Positions 1-13,469 of a DNA stretch of 64,000 nt are shown here, in pieces; positions within the stretch are counted from its first letter, which is position 1; the number at the start of each line of letters is the position of its first letter. The notes below the pieces were generated by a model. That model was not told where the DNA came from. It made no database searches and worked only from the letters and a program-made list of their open reading frames with translations. Origin of the DNA: Eledone cirrhosa (lineage: Eukaryota); NCBI GenBank assembly GCA_964016885.1, contig OZ024741.1:161882001-161946000 (forward strand), in the 5' to 3' direction. The position numbers were made by a program, and so were the translations under genes.

Positions 1-81
1 TATGTTGTTCTATTTCTATCATGCTATCTTTCCCAGGTGCTTTGCCAGTGTTCCTTTGTTTCACTGCAGTCTTAATCTCTC

Positions 82-1125
82 CCAATATACTTCTCTTCAT
101 CATCTATATTAATGACATCACTGACATCATCAAACACAGCAACATTAGAATTTTCGCTGATGATTTCAAGCTCCAGAAGGTCATCAATGGCGGGGATGAC
201 CGGATAAGTCTTCAGTCAGACCTACTGGCGGTTACCCAATGGGCGGAAAAGAACAACCTGCTACTGAATGAAGACAAATTCAAACTGATCCACTTTGGAA
301 AAGAGGATGCTCTGAAACTCCCGTACTCCCTTCCCTCCGGTGAAACTCTCGTGGCATCTAACAACATCAGAGACTTGGGAGTAACTGTGGACAGCAACAT
401 AAGCTGGGCCACGTATATAAGCAGCAAAGTTGACATGGCTCGCAGAATGTGTTCCTGGATCCTCAGAACCTTCCAGTCGAGAGATTCCCACACCATTATC
501 CTTCTCTTCTCCACTTTTGCCCGACCACACCTTGAATACTGTTGTCCACTGTGGTCTCTCCACACGAAACAAAGTATCATGAAACTTGAAGCTCCCCAAA
601 GGGCAATCACGAAAAATATAGATGGCATATCAGACCTTGATTACTGGAGCCGACTAGAAAAGCTGAAACTTTACTCACTCCAACGTCGCCGCGAGCGTTA
701 TATTATCTGCATGACGTGGACAATGTTTCATCAGCACTGCCCGAATGATGTTGGCATCACCTTCAAAATACACCCAAGGCTTGGGCCCCGTGCTATCCGT
801 CCCAAACAGAAATCTAAATCGCAACTCATAACAACAATACGGCACAATTATTTCACCTCAATTGGCCCTGCTCTCTTCAACATCACACCAGGACACGTCA
901 AAACAGAAACTGACCACACAAAATTCAAGAAGTCTTTGGACAAATTCCTCCAAGTAATCCCGGACAAACCACCCACACCCGGATATGTCTCCGCAAACAG
1001 TAATTTCCTTCTCGAATGGGACATGGTGCCCAAATCCTGAATTGAAAGACTTCGTCAGGTGGTGCTATTAAGTTAGACATGGCCAGGGCCAATACTGGCC
1101 AAAACATTTCAAAGTTATTCAAAGT
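82..1125 (+). mobile_element. CR1/L2-group LINE, 5'-truncated (RT C-terminus plus 3' UTR)
   Basis: ORF 21-1040 has LLFIIYINDI, IRIFADD, RDLGV, RPHLEYCCPLWS and LYSLQRRRER motifs; ends at a TA/TACA tract. Confidence 0.9.
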
Positions 1126-1843
<718 letters not shown>

Positions 1844-1846
<3 letters not shown>

Positions 1847-2056
1847 GAAAGGTATAGAAAACACTGCAGCGAAAAGCCAACAGCACTCCATAATATATAA
1901 GTGACTATAGCGTCAAAATGGGAAAAATAGTTAACGTAAGATGTGGGAAAAATAATTCAAACTCATCTCAAAGAGAATCAGGATATAAATTCATCCACAG
2001 AATTTAGTGAAATCCAGCTAAAAATCAATAGAGCCTTAACTCATGATAAAATAAAG

Positions 2057-2112
<56 letters not shown>

Positions 2113-2362
2113 GTAGGAGGTGAGTTTCATTGTAGTACAATAAAGCAATGCAATTATCGGATAAGTAGCACTCTACAGTTTGTAGGACTGGAGTATAAAT
2201 AATATAAGATCAAAAGATGGTTAAAAGAGTTCCAAGTATTTTATTATGCGCATTTCAAAAACAAATATCATCATGAGATGATATCTGCGTTTTCACCAGA
2301 TAAAATAGGGATACATGATATGAAGGTTAAAAAACACTTGTGAATAGTGAAGTTTTAAATCA
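1844..2362 (-). mobile_element. Non-coding hammerhead-bearing element, family B
   Basis: 1844-1892 and 2110-2362 are reverse-complement matches to 55120-55172, 54821-54952 and 55240-55397; interleaved with (TA)n. Confidence 0.75.
2237..2307 (-). ncRNA. Type I hammerhead ribozyme motif, family B, core mutated (CUGGUGA)
   Basis: Minus strand: tattttat-CTGGTGA-aaacgcagatatcatc/tcat/gatgatatttgttttt-GAAA-tgcgca-TA-ataaaata. Confidence 0.8.
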
Positions 2363-3111
2363 ACATATGAAAAATAATTTAAGATTGATGTGTGATATTG
2401 GGAAAAGGTGAGGGGGGGGGGGGTTGGAAAGGGTGAGAAAGAGGAGGAGATGAGAGTAGAGAATGGTGGGGGAGGAGTATAAGAAGGAAGGATGAGAGAG
2501 GAGGAGAGATGGGTGATAGAGTGAGAGAGAAAGCCTTTACAATTGAGAAAAAATATATATTGTCTCACAGAGAGAAGTTAAAAAGCCGTTGGAAGATAAT
2601 AGATAATTTAAAAGAATTTGAAATTAAAAGTTGATGAAGAGAAAAAGGGGGTTAAGTATAATATTAAATTAAGGTTTGTATATTGAAGGGTTTAATAATA
2701 TGTGCGAGGAAAAGAAATTGTTAATATGTATTATTAAAATAAAAATATTAATGTTATTAAGGATATACTGTGAAAAGAAGTAGAAGAGTGGATGAGTTAT
2801 GAATTTAGAGGAATTATTTAGTGTTTAAGTTTGTTTTTATGTAATGTAATATGTGTGCGTAATATATGTAAATAGTTTGTTTACAAATGAGCGCAGAAAG
2901 CAAAGAAGACAATAATGTTTAAGAAAGAAAAAAAACCTAACATCAAAATATATATATTTACGAAATATTTTCTAATGATAATAATATAATATAATAAAGG
3001 AAATTAGCTAGGGTTTGTTTTTATGTATTGTAATATGTAAAAGTCAGACGAGCATGAAAGGAAGAAAAATATAAGGAACTAAGGAGGAAAAATCTAACGT
3101 CAAAAAAATAC

Positions 3112-3159
<48 letters not shown>

Positions 3160-3253
3160 TAAAAAATACATATTAATATGTGTAGAAGTAAACACAGTAA
3201 ACCTGTGTCTAAAATTACGAGGGTAGATTACACCACAAATGTATCATTCAACT

Positions 3254-3397
3254 TGAATAATGGGATTTTACAAGATTTCTTACAAGATTTCTCATACATA
3301 CCATATCAATAACCATTTCAACAGGAGATGAAATGGTTATTGATATGGTATGTATGAGAAATCTTGTAAGAAATCTTGTAAAATCCCATATGATTCA
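3254..3397. repeat. Near-perfect palindrome (~68-bp arms, 8-nt loop acaggaga)
   Basis: tgggattttacaagatttcttacaag...ccatttca mirrors tgaaatgg...cttgtaagaaatcttgtaaaatccca. Confidence 0.9.
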
Positions 3398-6300
3398 GTC
3401 CGTTTTTTATGGGGGGGTGTCCATTTTTATTTGGGGGGGGGGGGGTCTCATTTTTATTGGGGGAATCCGTTTTTTATTGGGCGATCCGTTTTTTAATTTG
3501 TGGAGTGTTCCATTTTTTATTTGGGGGGGGGAGGCGTTTTTATGGGGGTCTGTTTTTTATTTGGAGGAGGGGTCGGATGTGGGGTCCATTTTTTATTGGG
3601 GGTTCTGTATTTTATTTGGGGGGTCCGTTTTTTATGGGGGATGCGTTTTTTTATTTGGGGGGAAGGGATCGGGATATAGGGGGTCCATTTTTTATTGGGG
3701 GGGGGGGGGGGGGCGTTTTTTATTGGAGGGGGTGTTTTTTATTTTTTGTCCGTTTTTATTTGGTGTTCTGTTTTTTATTTGGGGAGGGGAAAATCTGTTT
3801 TTTATTGCGTGTGTATGGGGGCGGGGTTATTGTGGTGGGGGTAGTGGGTCCATTTTTTTTGGGGGGGGGGGGATATTTTGGAGGTCCGTTTTTTATTGGG
3901 GGGATCCAGTTTTTATTGGGTGATCCTTTTTTTATGGGGGGGGGGGGGGGGGATCCGGTTTTTTTTTTGGGGGGGGCGTTTTGTATCAGGAGACCGTTTT
4001 TTATTTAAGAGGGGTCCATTTTTTATGGGGGTAGGGGGTGGGGATGGGGGTGTCCATTTCTTATTTGGGATGGGGGGTGGTCCGCTTTTTTATGGGGTGG
4101 GGGTCTGTTTTTTATTTGGGGTAGGTCCGTTTTTTATTGGGTGCTCTGTTTTTTCATTTGGGGGGGGGTCCGTTTTTTATTGGGGGTGTCCGTTTTTTAT
4201 TGGGGGGTGGGGTGGGAATTTGGAATCCGTTTTTTATTGGGAGGGTCCGTTTTTTATTTAGGAGTAGGGGATGGGGATCCATTTTTTATTGGGGTGGGGG
4301 GCGTTTTTTTATTGGGGTGTGGTTGGGGGGTCCGTTTTTTATTTGGGGGATATGATTTTTATTGGGCGGGGGCATTCCTTATGGGGTGTCCGTTTTTTAT
4401 TTGGGGGTGGGGGGAGTTTGTTTTTTATGGGGGGGCCAGTTTTTTTTATTTGGCGTCCGTTTTCGATGGGGGGGGTCCGTTCTTTATTTGGAGACCGTTA
4501 TTTATTTGGGGGCAGGGGCGGGGGGTCCATTTTTTATGGGGGGAGGGATGAGGGTCCGTTTTTTATGGGGGATGCGTTTTATATTGGGGGAGTCCGTTTT
4601 TTATTTGGAGTTCGTTTTTTATGGGGGGGGGGTCCGTTTTTTATTTGGGGGGAGGGATGGGGGTCCGTTTTTTATGGAGGATGCGTTTTATATTGGGGGA
4701 GACCGTTCTTTATTTGGAGACCGTTTTATGGGGGATTCGTTTTTTATTTGGAGACCGTTATTTATTTGGGGGAGGGGTCCGTTTTTATGGGGTTCCGTTT
4801 TTTATTGGGGCGGTATTTTATTTGGAGACCGATTTTTATTTTGGGGGGTCCGTTTTTTATTTGGAGTCCGCTTTTTATTTGGGGGGTCATTTTTTTATTT
4901 GGGGGGAGGGGTGGGGGGTCCTTTTTTATGGGGGTACCGTTTTTTATTGGGGGGGAGTCCGTTTTTTATTTGGAGTTCCTTTTTCATAGGGAGGGGTCCG
5001 TTTTTTATTTGGAAGGCTGTTTTTTTATTTGGGGGGAGGGTGGGGTTTTCTTTTCTATGGGGGTGGCTGTTTTTTATTTGGAGTCCGTTTTTTATGGGGG
5101 GGTCCGTTTTTATTTGGAGACCGTTTTTTATTTGGGTGTAGGGGTGGGGGGTCCGTTTTTTACGGGGGGGGGGGGGCTTTGGAGGGGGTCCGTTTTTTAT
5201 TTGGTTGGGTGGTTGGGGGTCTGTTTTTTATGAGGTGAGGGTCCGTTTTTTATGGGGGAGGGGGGGCTTTTTTATTTGGAGACCACTTTTTATTTGGGAG
5301 AAGGGCTGCGGGACCGTTTTTTATGGGGGGGGTTTAGGGGGGGTCCGTTTTTATTGGGGGAGGGATCCGTTTTTTATTTGGAGACCGTTTTTTATTTGGG
5401 GGGGGGGGCGTTTTTTGGCGGAGGATCTGTTTTTTATTTGGGGGGGTCTATTTTTTATTTGGGGGTGATACGTTTTTTTATGGGGGGGTCCTTTTGTATT
5501 TGGGGGGTACGTTTTCTATTTGAAGTCCGTCTTTTATTGGGGGGCGTTTTGTATTAGGAGACCGTTTTTCATTTGGGGCGGGGAGGTCCGTTTTTTATTT
5601 GGAGTCCGTTTTTTATGGGGAGGTCCGTTTTTTATTGGGGACGTCCGTTTTTTATTTGGAGACCGTTTTTTATTTGGGGGTGGGTTGGGCGTCCGTTTTT
5701 TTAAGGGGGGGGGGGGGCGTCTTTTTATTTGGAGTCCGTTTTTGATGGGGGGTCCGTTTTTTATTTGGGGAATCCGTTTTTTATTTGGTGGATCCGTTTT
5801 TTATTGGGGGGGGTCCGTTTTTTATTTGGACACCGTTTATTATTTGGGGAGTTGTGTGGGGGTCGGTTTTTATGGGGGGTACGTTTTTATTTGGGGAGGG
5901 GTCCGTTTTTTATTTGTTGGTGGGAGGAGGAGGGGGGGGGGGGATTATCGGGGGGGGGGGGGGTCTGTTTTTATTTGGGGGATCCGGGGGGGGCTCCGTT
6001 TTATGGGGGGGGGGGTTAATGGAGATGGATTCGTTTTTTATTGGGGGCGGGCGTTTTTTATTTGGAGACCGTCTTTTATTTGGGAGGAGTGGTGGTGGGG
6101 TCCTTTTTTATGGTGGATGGGTGGGGGTGGGTTTTTTTTTTTTGGGGGGGGGGGGTTTATGGGGGGGGGGGGGGGCTTTTTATTTGGGGGATCCGTTTTT
6201 TATTTTGGATGGATCCGTTTTTTATCCGTTTTTTATTGACATCAGAGCCCTTATTTACATATTTGCATATGTATTTTATCGACTTGGGGGTGGGGGGTTA

Positions 6301-6665
6301 TTGGGGGTGGGGTGGGGGGCGTTTTTTTATTGGGGGGTCCGTTTTTCATTTAGAGTCCGTTTTCTATTTGGGGGATCGGTTTTTTTATTTTGGAGGGATC
6401 CGTTTTTTATCCGTTTTTTATTGTGGCATCAGAGCCCTTATTTACATATTTGCATATGTATTTTATCGACTTGGTGGGGCGTTTTTATTGTGGCATCAGA
6501 GCCTTTATTTACATATTTGCATATGTATTTTATCGACTTGGGGAGGGGGGGTCATCGGGGGGGGGGGTTTATTGGGGGGCCGTTTTTCATTTGGAGTCCG
6601 TTTTCTATTTGGGGGATCGGTTTTTTTTTATTTTGGAGGGATCCGTTTTTTATCCGTTTTTTTAT
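3398..6665. repeat. G/T-rich degenerate minisatellite (unit ~ggggggtccgttttttattt)
   Basis: Well over a hundred G-run/TCCG/T-run units; the G/F-rich ORFs here are artefacts. Confidence 0.95.
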
Positions 6666-7685
6666 TGTGGCATCAGAGCCCTTATTTACATATTTGCATA
6701 TGTATTTTATTGACTTGACGGAGTTGCAAAACTCAACGTTGATGTGGGCGTTGAACATCTTCTTTTACTGTTGTGGTGAAGCCACCGTTCTCGGGCCGTC
6801 TCCGCCTGTACAGGGGGTACCCGTCACCACCAGTCTGAGTCTTGTCAACAAATTTTTTGAGGTATCCCTTACTGCACGACCCCCTTTTCAGACACGTGTG
6901 ATGCTTATTAGGACCCGACGCACACGGACCATGTTAGCTTTGACGATGTCATGTAATTCCTGGTCAGTTGCTGGGTTAGGGATTTCAGCTGTCTATGGCA
7001 TTTGAATTGATTTTATCAGCTAACCAAATCAAAATGTGAGCATGTGGCAGCCCTCGTTTTTGCCATTCGACGGTGAACATGTCACACTTTACAGCCCCAA
7101 ATACCTGACGCTTTTTGATTAAAGCCATGAGTTTAGCCAGTTCCAATCTGAACACTCTGTCTGTTCGAATAATTTTGCCCAAGAAAACGTTCACGGGTTA
7201 CATTCCGATTCATATGACTACAGCATTAATCTGTTATATGAAGTGTTACTTTGCGGGTTGTTATTTGCAATAACTCGATTGAAAATGCCCCAGATAAGCC
7301 GTATGTCAATACGGATCGCTCCACTGCAGTGTTGTCATATAGGGATTGAAGAGCGACAGAGAGAGTAAAGCAGTTAAATTATAGAGAGAGGGAATATACA
7401 GAACGTTCCATTTGATCATACACACTGTTTCTGTCTCTGCAGTGTTGTCATATAGGGAGTGAAGAGCGACAGAGAGAGTAAAGCAGTTAAATTATAGAGA
7501 AGGGAAATGATCATGATCGATTTTTGCCCTTATTGTTGATGGATTTGAAATTCTTTTGCTTCATGACCTTCTCCTGACTAAAAGCAATAATTGTCCCGAC
7601 ATTGAATAGAATCCGTTGGAAATTGTGGACGTGCATACGTTACAAACCTTAACACACACATCCTCAGCTTTATATATATATATAT
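6236..7685 (-). mobile_element. Helitron fragment: Rep (HUH) domain plus probable 5' region
   Basis: VEWQKRGLPHAHILIWL (HUH), DGYPLYRRR and AHINVEFCNSVKSIKYICKYVNKGSD (catalytic Tyr motif); tatatataaagctgagg 5'-type end near 7680. Confidence 0.9.
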
Positions 7686-8369
7686 CTATCTATCTAAGGC
7701 GGGTAAAATTCCCGAGATCCATGGACGAGTTCTCTCCAGCGGTCTCTGTCCCTCATTATCGCTGCCATGTCCTGCATCTCCAACAGACCAGTGTCTGTCC
7801 TTAGGGCATCAACATACGTTAACCTTGGTCTTCCTCTTCTAGTGTGTCCATGTAGGGGCTCCCAAAGGAGTACTGAGTGCAATGTCAACTCTGGATGTCG
7901 GTGAGCATGTCCAGCTAACCTCAGTCTCCTCTGTGTCACTTTGAGCTGACTTTTGGGATGCTCCCATACAGCTCTGAGTTTTTCATCCTCAGTGTATACT
8001 GATTAATGTTCAGAGCCATCCTCAGCATTCTCGTGTAGCACCCATCCACCATCTGAGTGAGTTTCTTGGTCAGTCTCCAAGTCTCAGACCCATACAGCAG
8101 CACAGACTCCACTACAGCAATGAAGAGGCGGATTTTCAGGTCTCCACGAAGGTCCGACTTCCACACCGATCTCAAGCTGTGGCACGCCGCCTAGGCCTTG
8201 CTCTTCCTCTCAACCACACCATCTTCCGTATTCCCAATCCTTGCTCCCAAATACAGGAAGTCCTCAACCAATCCCAGCGGCTTCCCGCCTACATTAGTGA
8301 TCCCCTCTGGCTTCTCAACATTCTCTACCAGATATTTTGTTTTAGTCTCATTCATTCTCAGCCCCACAC

Positions 8370-8372
<3 letters not shown>
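7686..8372 (-). mobile_element. RTE-clade LINE 3' fragment
   Basis: MNETKTK, VEDFLYLG, VESVLLYGSETW, RRLRLAGH, RRGRPR across stops; (AGAT)n tail. Confidence 0.9.
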
Positions 8373-8415
<43 letters not shown>

Positions 8416-8728
8416 AAAAGAATGAAACGAAATTTCATTTCTCACTCTTAGTACGGCTGATACCTAAATATAAGTATAAGTATGTATACGTACATACATA
8501 TATGTGTACATACGTACAGTAGTATGTATATATATATACATACATGCACACATATATATATGTACGTATGGGTTTACCGAACATTTATTATAATGCTCTG
8601 TTTGTTTGTAAATAAACAGCCCGAATTACGCCGTACAGTGCTCGGCAACCATCGTCGCCCTTTCGTTCAACACTGACACAGGAACCTCGGCAACCATCGT
8701 CACCCTTTTGTTCAACACTGACACAGGA

Positions 8729-8771
8729 ACGATATAATAGTTTCAAGCTTATTAGCTATCGTCAGCATCGT
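8729..8771 (-). ncRNA. Type I hammerhead, family A (stem III ctat, possibly impaired)
   Basis: acgatg-CTGACGA-tagctaataagctt-GAAA-ctat-TA-tatcgt. Confidence 0.75.
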
Positions 8772-8973
8772 ATAACTTCCTGTCAGATGATTGAACGTTT
8801 GAAAGTATATACTTTCCTTATACATATTAACGGCTGAGCAGCCTAATTTGCATATCGAGTGAGTTAGTCGGCCGGGCGTACCGAAAACGATAAATGGAAA
8901 AGAATGAAACGAAATTTCATTTCTCACTCTTAGTATATACTTTCAAACGTTCAATCATCTAACAGGAAGGTAT

Positions 8974-9016
8974 ACGATGCTGACGATAGCTAATAAGCTT
9001 GAAACTAGTACATCGT
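8974..9016 (+). ncRNA. Type I hammerhead, family A, intact core, predicted cleavage GUA after 9010
   Basis: acgatg-CTGACGA-t.agct.aata.agct.t-GAAA-ctag-TA-catcgt; stem I extends (aggaa/ttcct) past a ggtata bulge. Confidence 0.9.
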
Positions 9017-9190
9017 TCCTCTGTCAGTGTTGAACAAAAGGGCGACGATGCTTGCCGAACACTGTTCGGCGTAATTCGGGCTTTTTGTTTACAAACAAAC
9101 CGAACATTATAATAAATGTTCGGTAAACCCATACGTACATATATATGTGTGTGCATGTATGTATATATATACATACTACTGTACGTCTGT

Positions 9191-9245
<55 letters not shown>

Positions 9246-10074
9246 AGAAAGAGAGAATCCATTCGTATAACCCCCCCCCCGCCCAAATCGCAAACAACTT
9301 TTTCATTAAATTTTATTTTAAAGACAGCTTATTTTCCAGAAACCCACAATTATTTTCACCTAACCCACCTTGTGACACACTCATCTTTTGTGTCCTGTCC
9401 TTATATTTGACGGCAGAGTGGGATTTACGTGAACCGCTGAAATTTGAAAGTGTTCGCCCACACATTCTTTTTACAATATATAGACACTCGGGGGAGAAAA
9501 GGTGTGATATGTACAACAAATTCAATGTTTCTGCAGATAAACATACAGTATACACTACACTTGAAATTTACTTGCCTAACGATGACAGATTACAAGCAGA
9601 CAAAACTCCAGTCCCAAATTTTCAACCTTTTTACTCGTCGTTTTTTTTTGTTTTTTTTTATACACTTGTTAATTTTGCCGAGAAGAAATTTGATAACCCG
9701 GAAGGTCGAGGCGAAAAGATTTTGTTCGTATGACATTTATAAAGCTGATTCGAAGGTGTATGTTCTTTCAAAAATAGTAACAGCTTGTTAGTATTACTAG
9801 ACTAAAAATAGATGGCCCGTGATATCGGGGTGAATATCATTTATAAACTAGCAATAAAGCTATTTAAATTAATTCGTGACTGCTTATTATTAATAGTTCG
9901 GGCATGAATCTGTTAACCCGAATCACACTTTTAAGCCGGAGCAAATACCACAAACAAAAAAAGAATGTATTGATCTGAGGTATTTTCGTTGGCTTGAAAT
10001 TGAATGACTTGACAGTTGAGCTACTCAGGCTTAGCTCAAGCAGCCCAAATAGCCCATGCGCCGAAGTCATTCAC

Positions 10075-10370
10075 TATCGATAGAGGGTCAGACGCCATGC
10101 TTTGCAGCATAGTTACGTCCCTTTACGGTCTGAGATCAAATCCCGCCGAGGTTAACTTTGTCTTTCATCCTTACGGGGTCTATAAAATAAAGTACCAGTA
10201 ATGCACTGTGATAATTGTTGGCCTTCTGCCAAAAGTAGAAACAATTGTTATACAACCCCCGACCCCGAGGTTAACTTTGCCTTTCATCCTTACGGGGTCG
10301 ATAAAATAAAGTACCAGTAATACACTGGTGAAATTGCTGGTCTTGTGCCAAAAGTAGAAACAATTATTAT
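10075..10370 (+). mobile_element. tRNA-derived SINE plus a second partial copy
   Basis: Conserved gaggttaactttgcctttcatccttacggggtcgataaaataaagtaccag core seen more than 10 times in the window. Confidence 0.85.
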
Positions 10371-10487
10371 ACATATGCTTTTACAGTTTGTGATTTGATT
10401 GCATGGCTGGCGGCAGGAGTTATGCGTATATAATAAGATGTTGGCTACGGAAGATGAGTCTAATATCTTAATCATGCCTTTTTTCAA

Positions 10488-10667
10488 ATAATTATTTCTA
10501 CTTTTGGCACAAGGCCAGCAATTACTCAGTGCATTACTGGTACTTTATTTTATCGACAAGGTAAGGATGATTAACCTCGGTAGGATTTGAACTCAGAACG
10601 TAAAGGACCATAACTCTATGCTGCAAAGCATGGTGTCTGACGCTCTACTGATACTGCCAATCCACTG
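10488..10667 (-). mobile_element. Same SINE family, inverted copy
   Basis: Reverse complement of the 33481-33671 copy with an internal deletion. Confidence 0.85.
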
Positions 10668-10922
10668 CAAATAATGGTAATTGGCATTATTTCCTGTCGG
10701 CTCGAAACAAATCTGTATAGGCTTTAAGAATGGGTATTTGCAATCTTCACGTAAATTCATTGTTTGCCTTTTCACTTTTCTTTATATCTATACATCTACG
10801 CATGGTCTTAGATACGTTTTGTCGAGGTAATATTAACTGATGTGTACGCTCTGACCTATTCTTTTGTCATCGAACGAATGCCAGGCAGTATGATCGATGT
10901 TATTGTGTATTGATCGAAATTA

Positions 10923-11011
<89 letters not shown>

Positions 11012-11130
11012 TTGTTTGTTAAAATAATCAAATTAAATTAATTCAACAGTTTTAAACACACATAGGAATAAGTTTGTTACCAAAGGGCGAGAAGATTGAC
11101 AAGTCGACCCTAAATATTACTAATAGCTCT

Positions 11131-11506
11131 AGGAAAGCCATGAACGCCACCACATCTTTTAAACTTTGATTTTGAAAGTAGGTTTATAATCATTAATTTT
11201 CATTATACTTTTGTAGTTGTCTCAGCGGCCTAGTTAGAGGACTCATAGACGGTGGTGATCCTGGTCTGAAGTTCGATCCTTGTTGGGAGTATGGTTCCCG
11301 GTAAACCTTTTCAGTTTTTTTCTATGGAATGTAAAACAAAAACTGAAAAAGACTACATGTACCTTTTGACCAGGATTTCCACCGTCTCTAGTACCTACGG
11401 ATAGTCCACTGAGACAACTACGAAAATCTTATAAAAATTCATATTTATAAACCTACTTTCAAAATTTTCAAAACAAAATGATGTAATGTCGTTCATGTCT
11501 TTCTTA
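11131..11506. mobile_element. Imperfect foldback / MITE-like element
   Basis: Mirrored blocks ttttgaaagtaggtttataa/ttataaacctactttcaaaa, gtagttgtctcag/ctgagacaactac, atcctggtc/gaccaggat. Confidence 0.7.
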
Positions 11507-11750
11507 ATGTTATTGCTCCTACTTAAAGCCGTCTTCTAAATCATTTGGGTGTTCCATAAACTACATCCTCGTTTTGTTTCTCATCTATCTAGACTACATT
11601 TTAACCTGTAATCCATGTTTCATTTATGTGGCACCTCATCTCCCCCCCTCTCTTTTTCTCTCTGTGATATTTGAATCTACTATGATTTGGGCTTACTTTA
11701 TTCATATATATATGTTTTTGCATGTCAGATTCAAACTTACAATGATTGGC

Positions 11751-11805
<55 letters not shown>

Positions 11806-12049
11806 TGGCGGACTGGGTCTAAAAATATTGGATATGAAGGGGGCCCACTTTCATATAGAATGCTATCATTTAATTTTTATAATGAATAAATAACATTTTC
11901 AAAAAATACATAAGTGCAAAACAGTGCAATCAAAGTTTTGCAGAATTTAACAACGGTTGTAGCTAAATTCTAGCATAGGTAGTGGGATTAGGATGTGAGT
12001 TATGAAGGTGGAGTCAATCAGGGAAAGTCAGTAGTATTGGAATCCCACA

Positions 12050-12284
12050 ATACCGGGGTTTGTCCGACCGCTTCCTCTTCGCACAGGTCGCCGTCGAGAC
12101 CTCAGGCGTACTTCAACCCCATAATGCCGAGATCCTCCGAAAGATCGGAGCGTCGGCGGCCCGTCTGAGGAGGGAGCCCCGCGAGGTTGGGTGGCTGTTG
12201 AAGCGGATGACACTGGCCATCGTCCGCGTGAATGCTTTTGCTGTCTTGTCAGCGGAGCACATCACTTCTGCCCTCTTGCCCTAG
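12050..12284 (+). mobile_element. CRE-like non-LTR retrotransposon, restriction-like endonuclease C-terminus
   Basis: VAVETSGVL...WLLKRMTLAIVRVNAFAVL; homologous to 40380-40975. Confidence 0.75.
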
Positions 12285-13469
12285 GCCCAAAGTTCAATCA
12301 CCCTCCCTTCAGCATCCCCTCCCTTTGGCGACACCAGAGCTCTTGCCATCCCCTCCACTACTAAAGTTTGGTGAACGAAACCAAGTATGACCATGTTGGT
12401 ATTTCAGTTGTATTGTCAATTTGGATGTCCAATGCCACATTCAGCTAGTTGTACTAAGTAAAGTCGCTGAAAAGATTATATACACGTACATAAATATACG
12501 CATTCATATGAAAATACATGAAATTAAGTATTTATTAGCTGAGCGGCATAGAATAGTATAAATTTACAAACGTGCTCTCACGTTCACACATGCATTCACA
12601 TATACAAACATATATGCCGTTCAAATATACACCTACACACACATCCACTTAAAATATATGGATAGGGCAAAATAAGGAGATAGGAAAGTGTGTATCAGCC
12701 GAAAAAGCGAAGAAGAGATGTTATGTGGTGGAGGTAGCCTAATTAATGAAGGTATGGATAGGTAAAGTAATAAAATTATAAAATTATAAAACAGTAGGAT
12801 TCAGTGTGGAGACTAGTCTTGTATATATTAGACGACCTCAAGAATGTTTAAGATGTTGTCGGTATCTAAAGCCTCGCAATATCTGTTCAACAATGATAAT
12901 AATAGTTATGTCTTTCCTATGGTCCATTAGCTGGTTGTATTGAGTGTTTAGGACTTCGGTGCATATGCTGGGTCTGAATAACTGCTGGTAGACTTGGATA
13001 TTCGGTGCATGCACTTGATAACCAGCTCGGATTTCTTATTTTATTAGAAATCCTTATGCAGACAAAATCTTCTCCAAGCTTAAGTTACATTGTCCACCAT
13101 CTCTGGTATACGATTGGGCCTTTGTAATGATGCTTCGCGTTTTTCCGTCTCGCGTTTTTCCGTCTAAGACATGTCTATAGGACGTGATCCCGTCTAACGC
13201 TGTTGAAGGCGTTTCATGTCCAGCTTCACGAGAAGGTGGGGTGACGAGGGAGGCGCGTGCTCTATGAAGTATCTGGCCGCATGAGCTGCGGCCTCACAAC
13301 CACACTTGATTCCCAGTGGTCGTGGTGTTTTGAAATAATTACTTCTGCGTGTACAGATTAATTTTTCTCAGTTTCGTAAGAACCCGTTTAGGGTGAAATT
13401 AGTAATTTATTGCTTAAACTTGTATGTATGTATGGTGTAAAAGAAAAGAAATTGTCATCGCTAGAATCG

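Larger units (their letters stand above)
8413..9200. mobile_element. Family A hammerhead element: minus-strand ~1.1-mer plus inverted plus-strand partial copy
   Basis: 8413-8452 repeats at 8894-8933; 8932-9200 is inverted relative to 8495-8813; both ends in (TA)n; homologous to 36487-37108. Confidence 0.85.

Noticed and set aside
6236-6715. CRISPR-like repeat-spacer pattern
   Set aside because: Repeats are Helitron coding sequence, spacers are satellite, context is eukaryotic
3333-6718. Gly/Phe-rich ORFs
   Set aside because: Open in several frames because of the minisatellite
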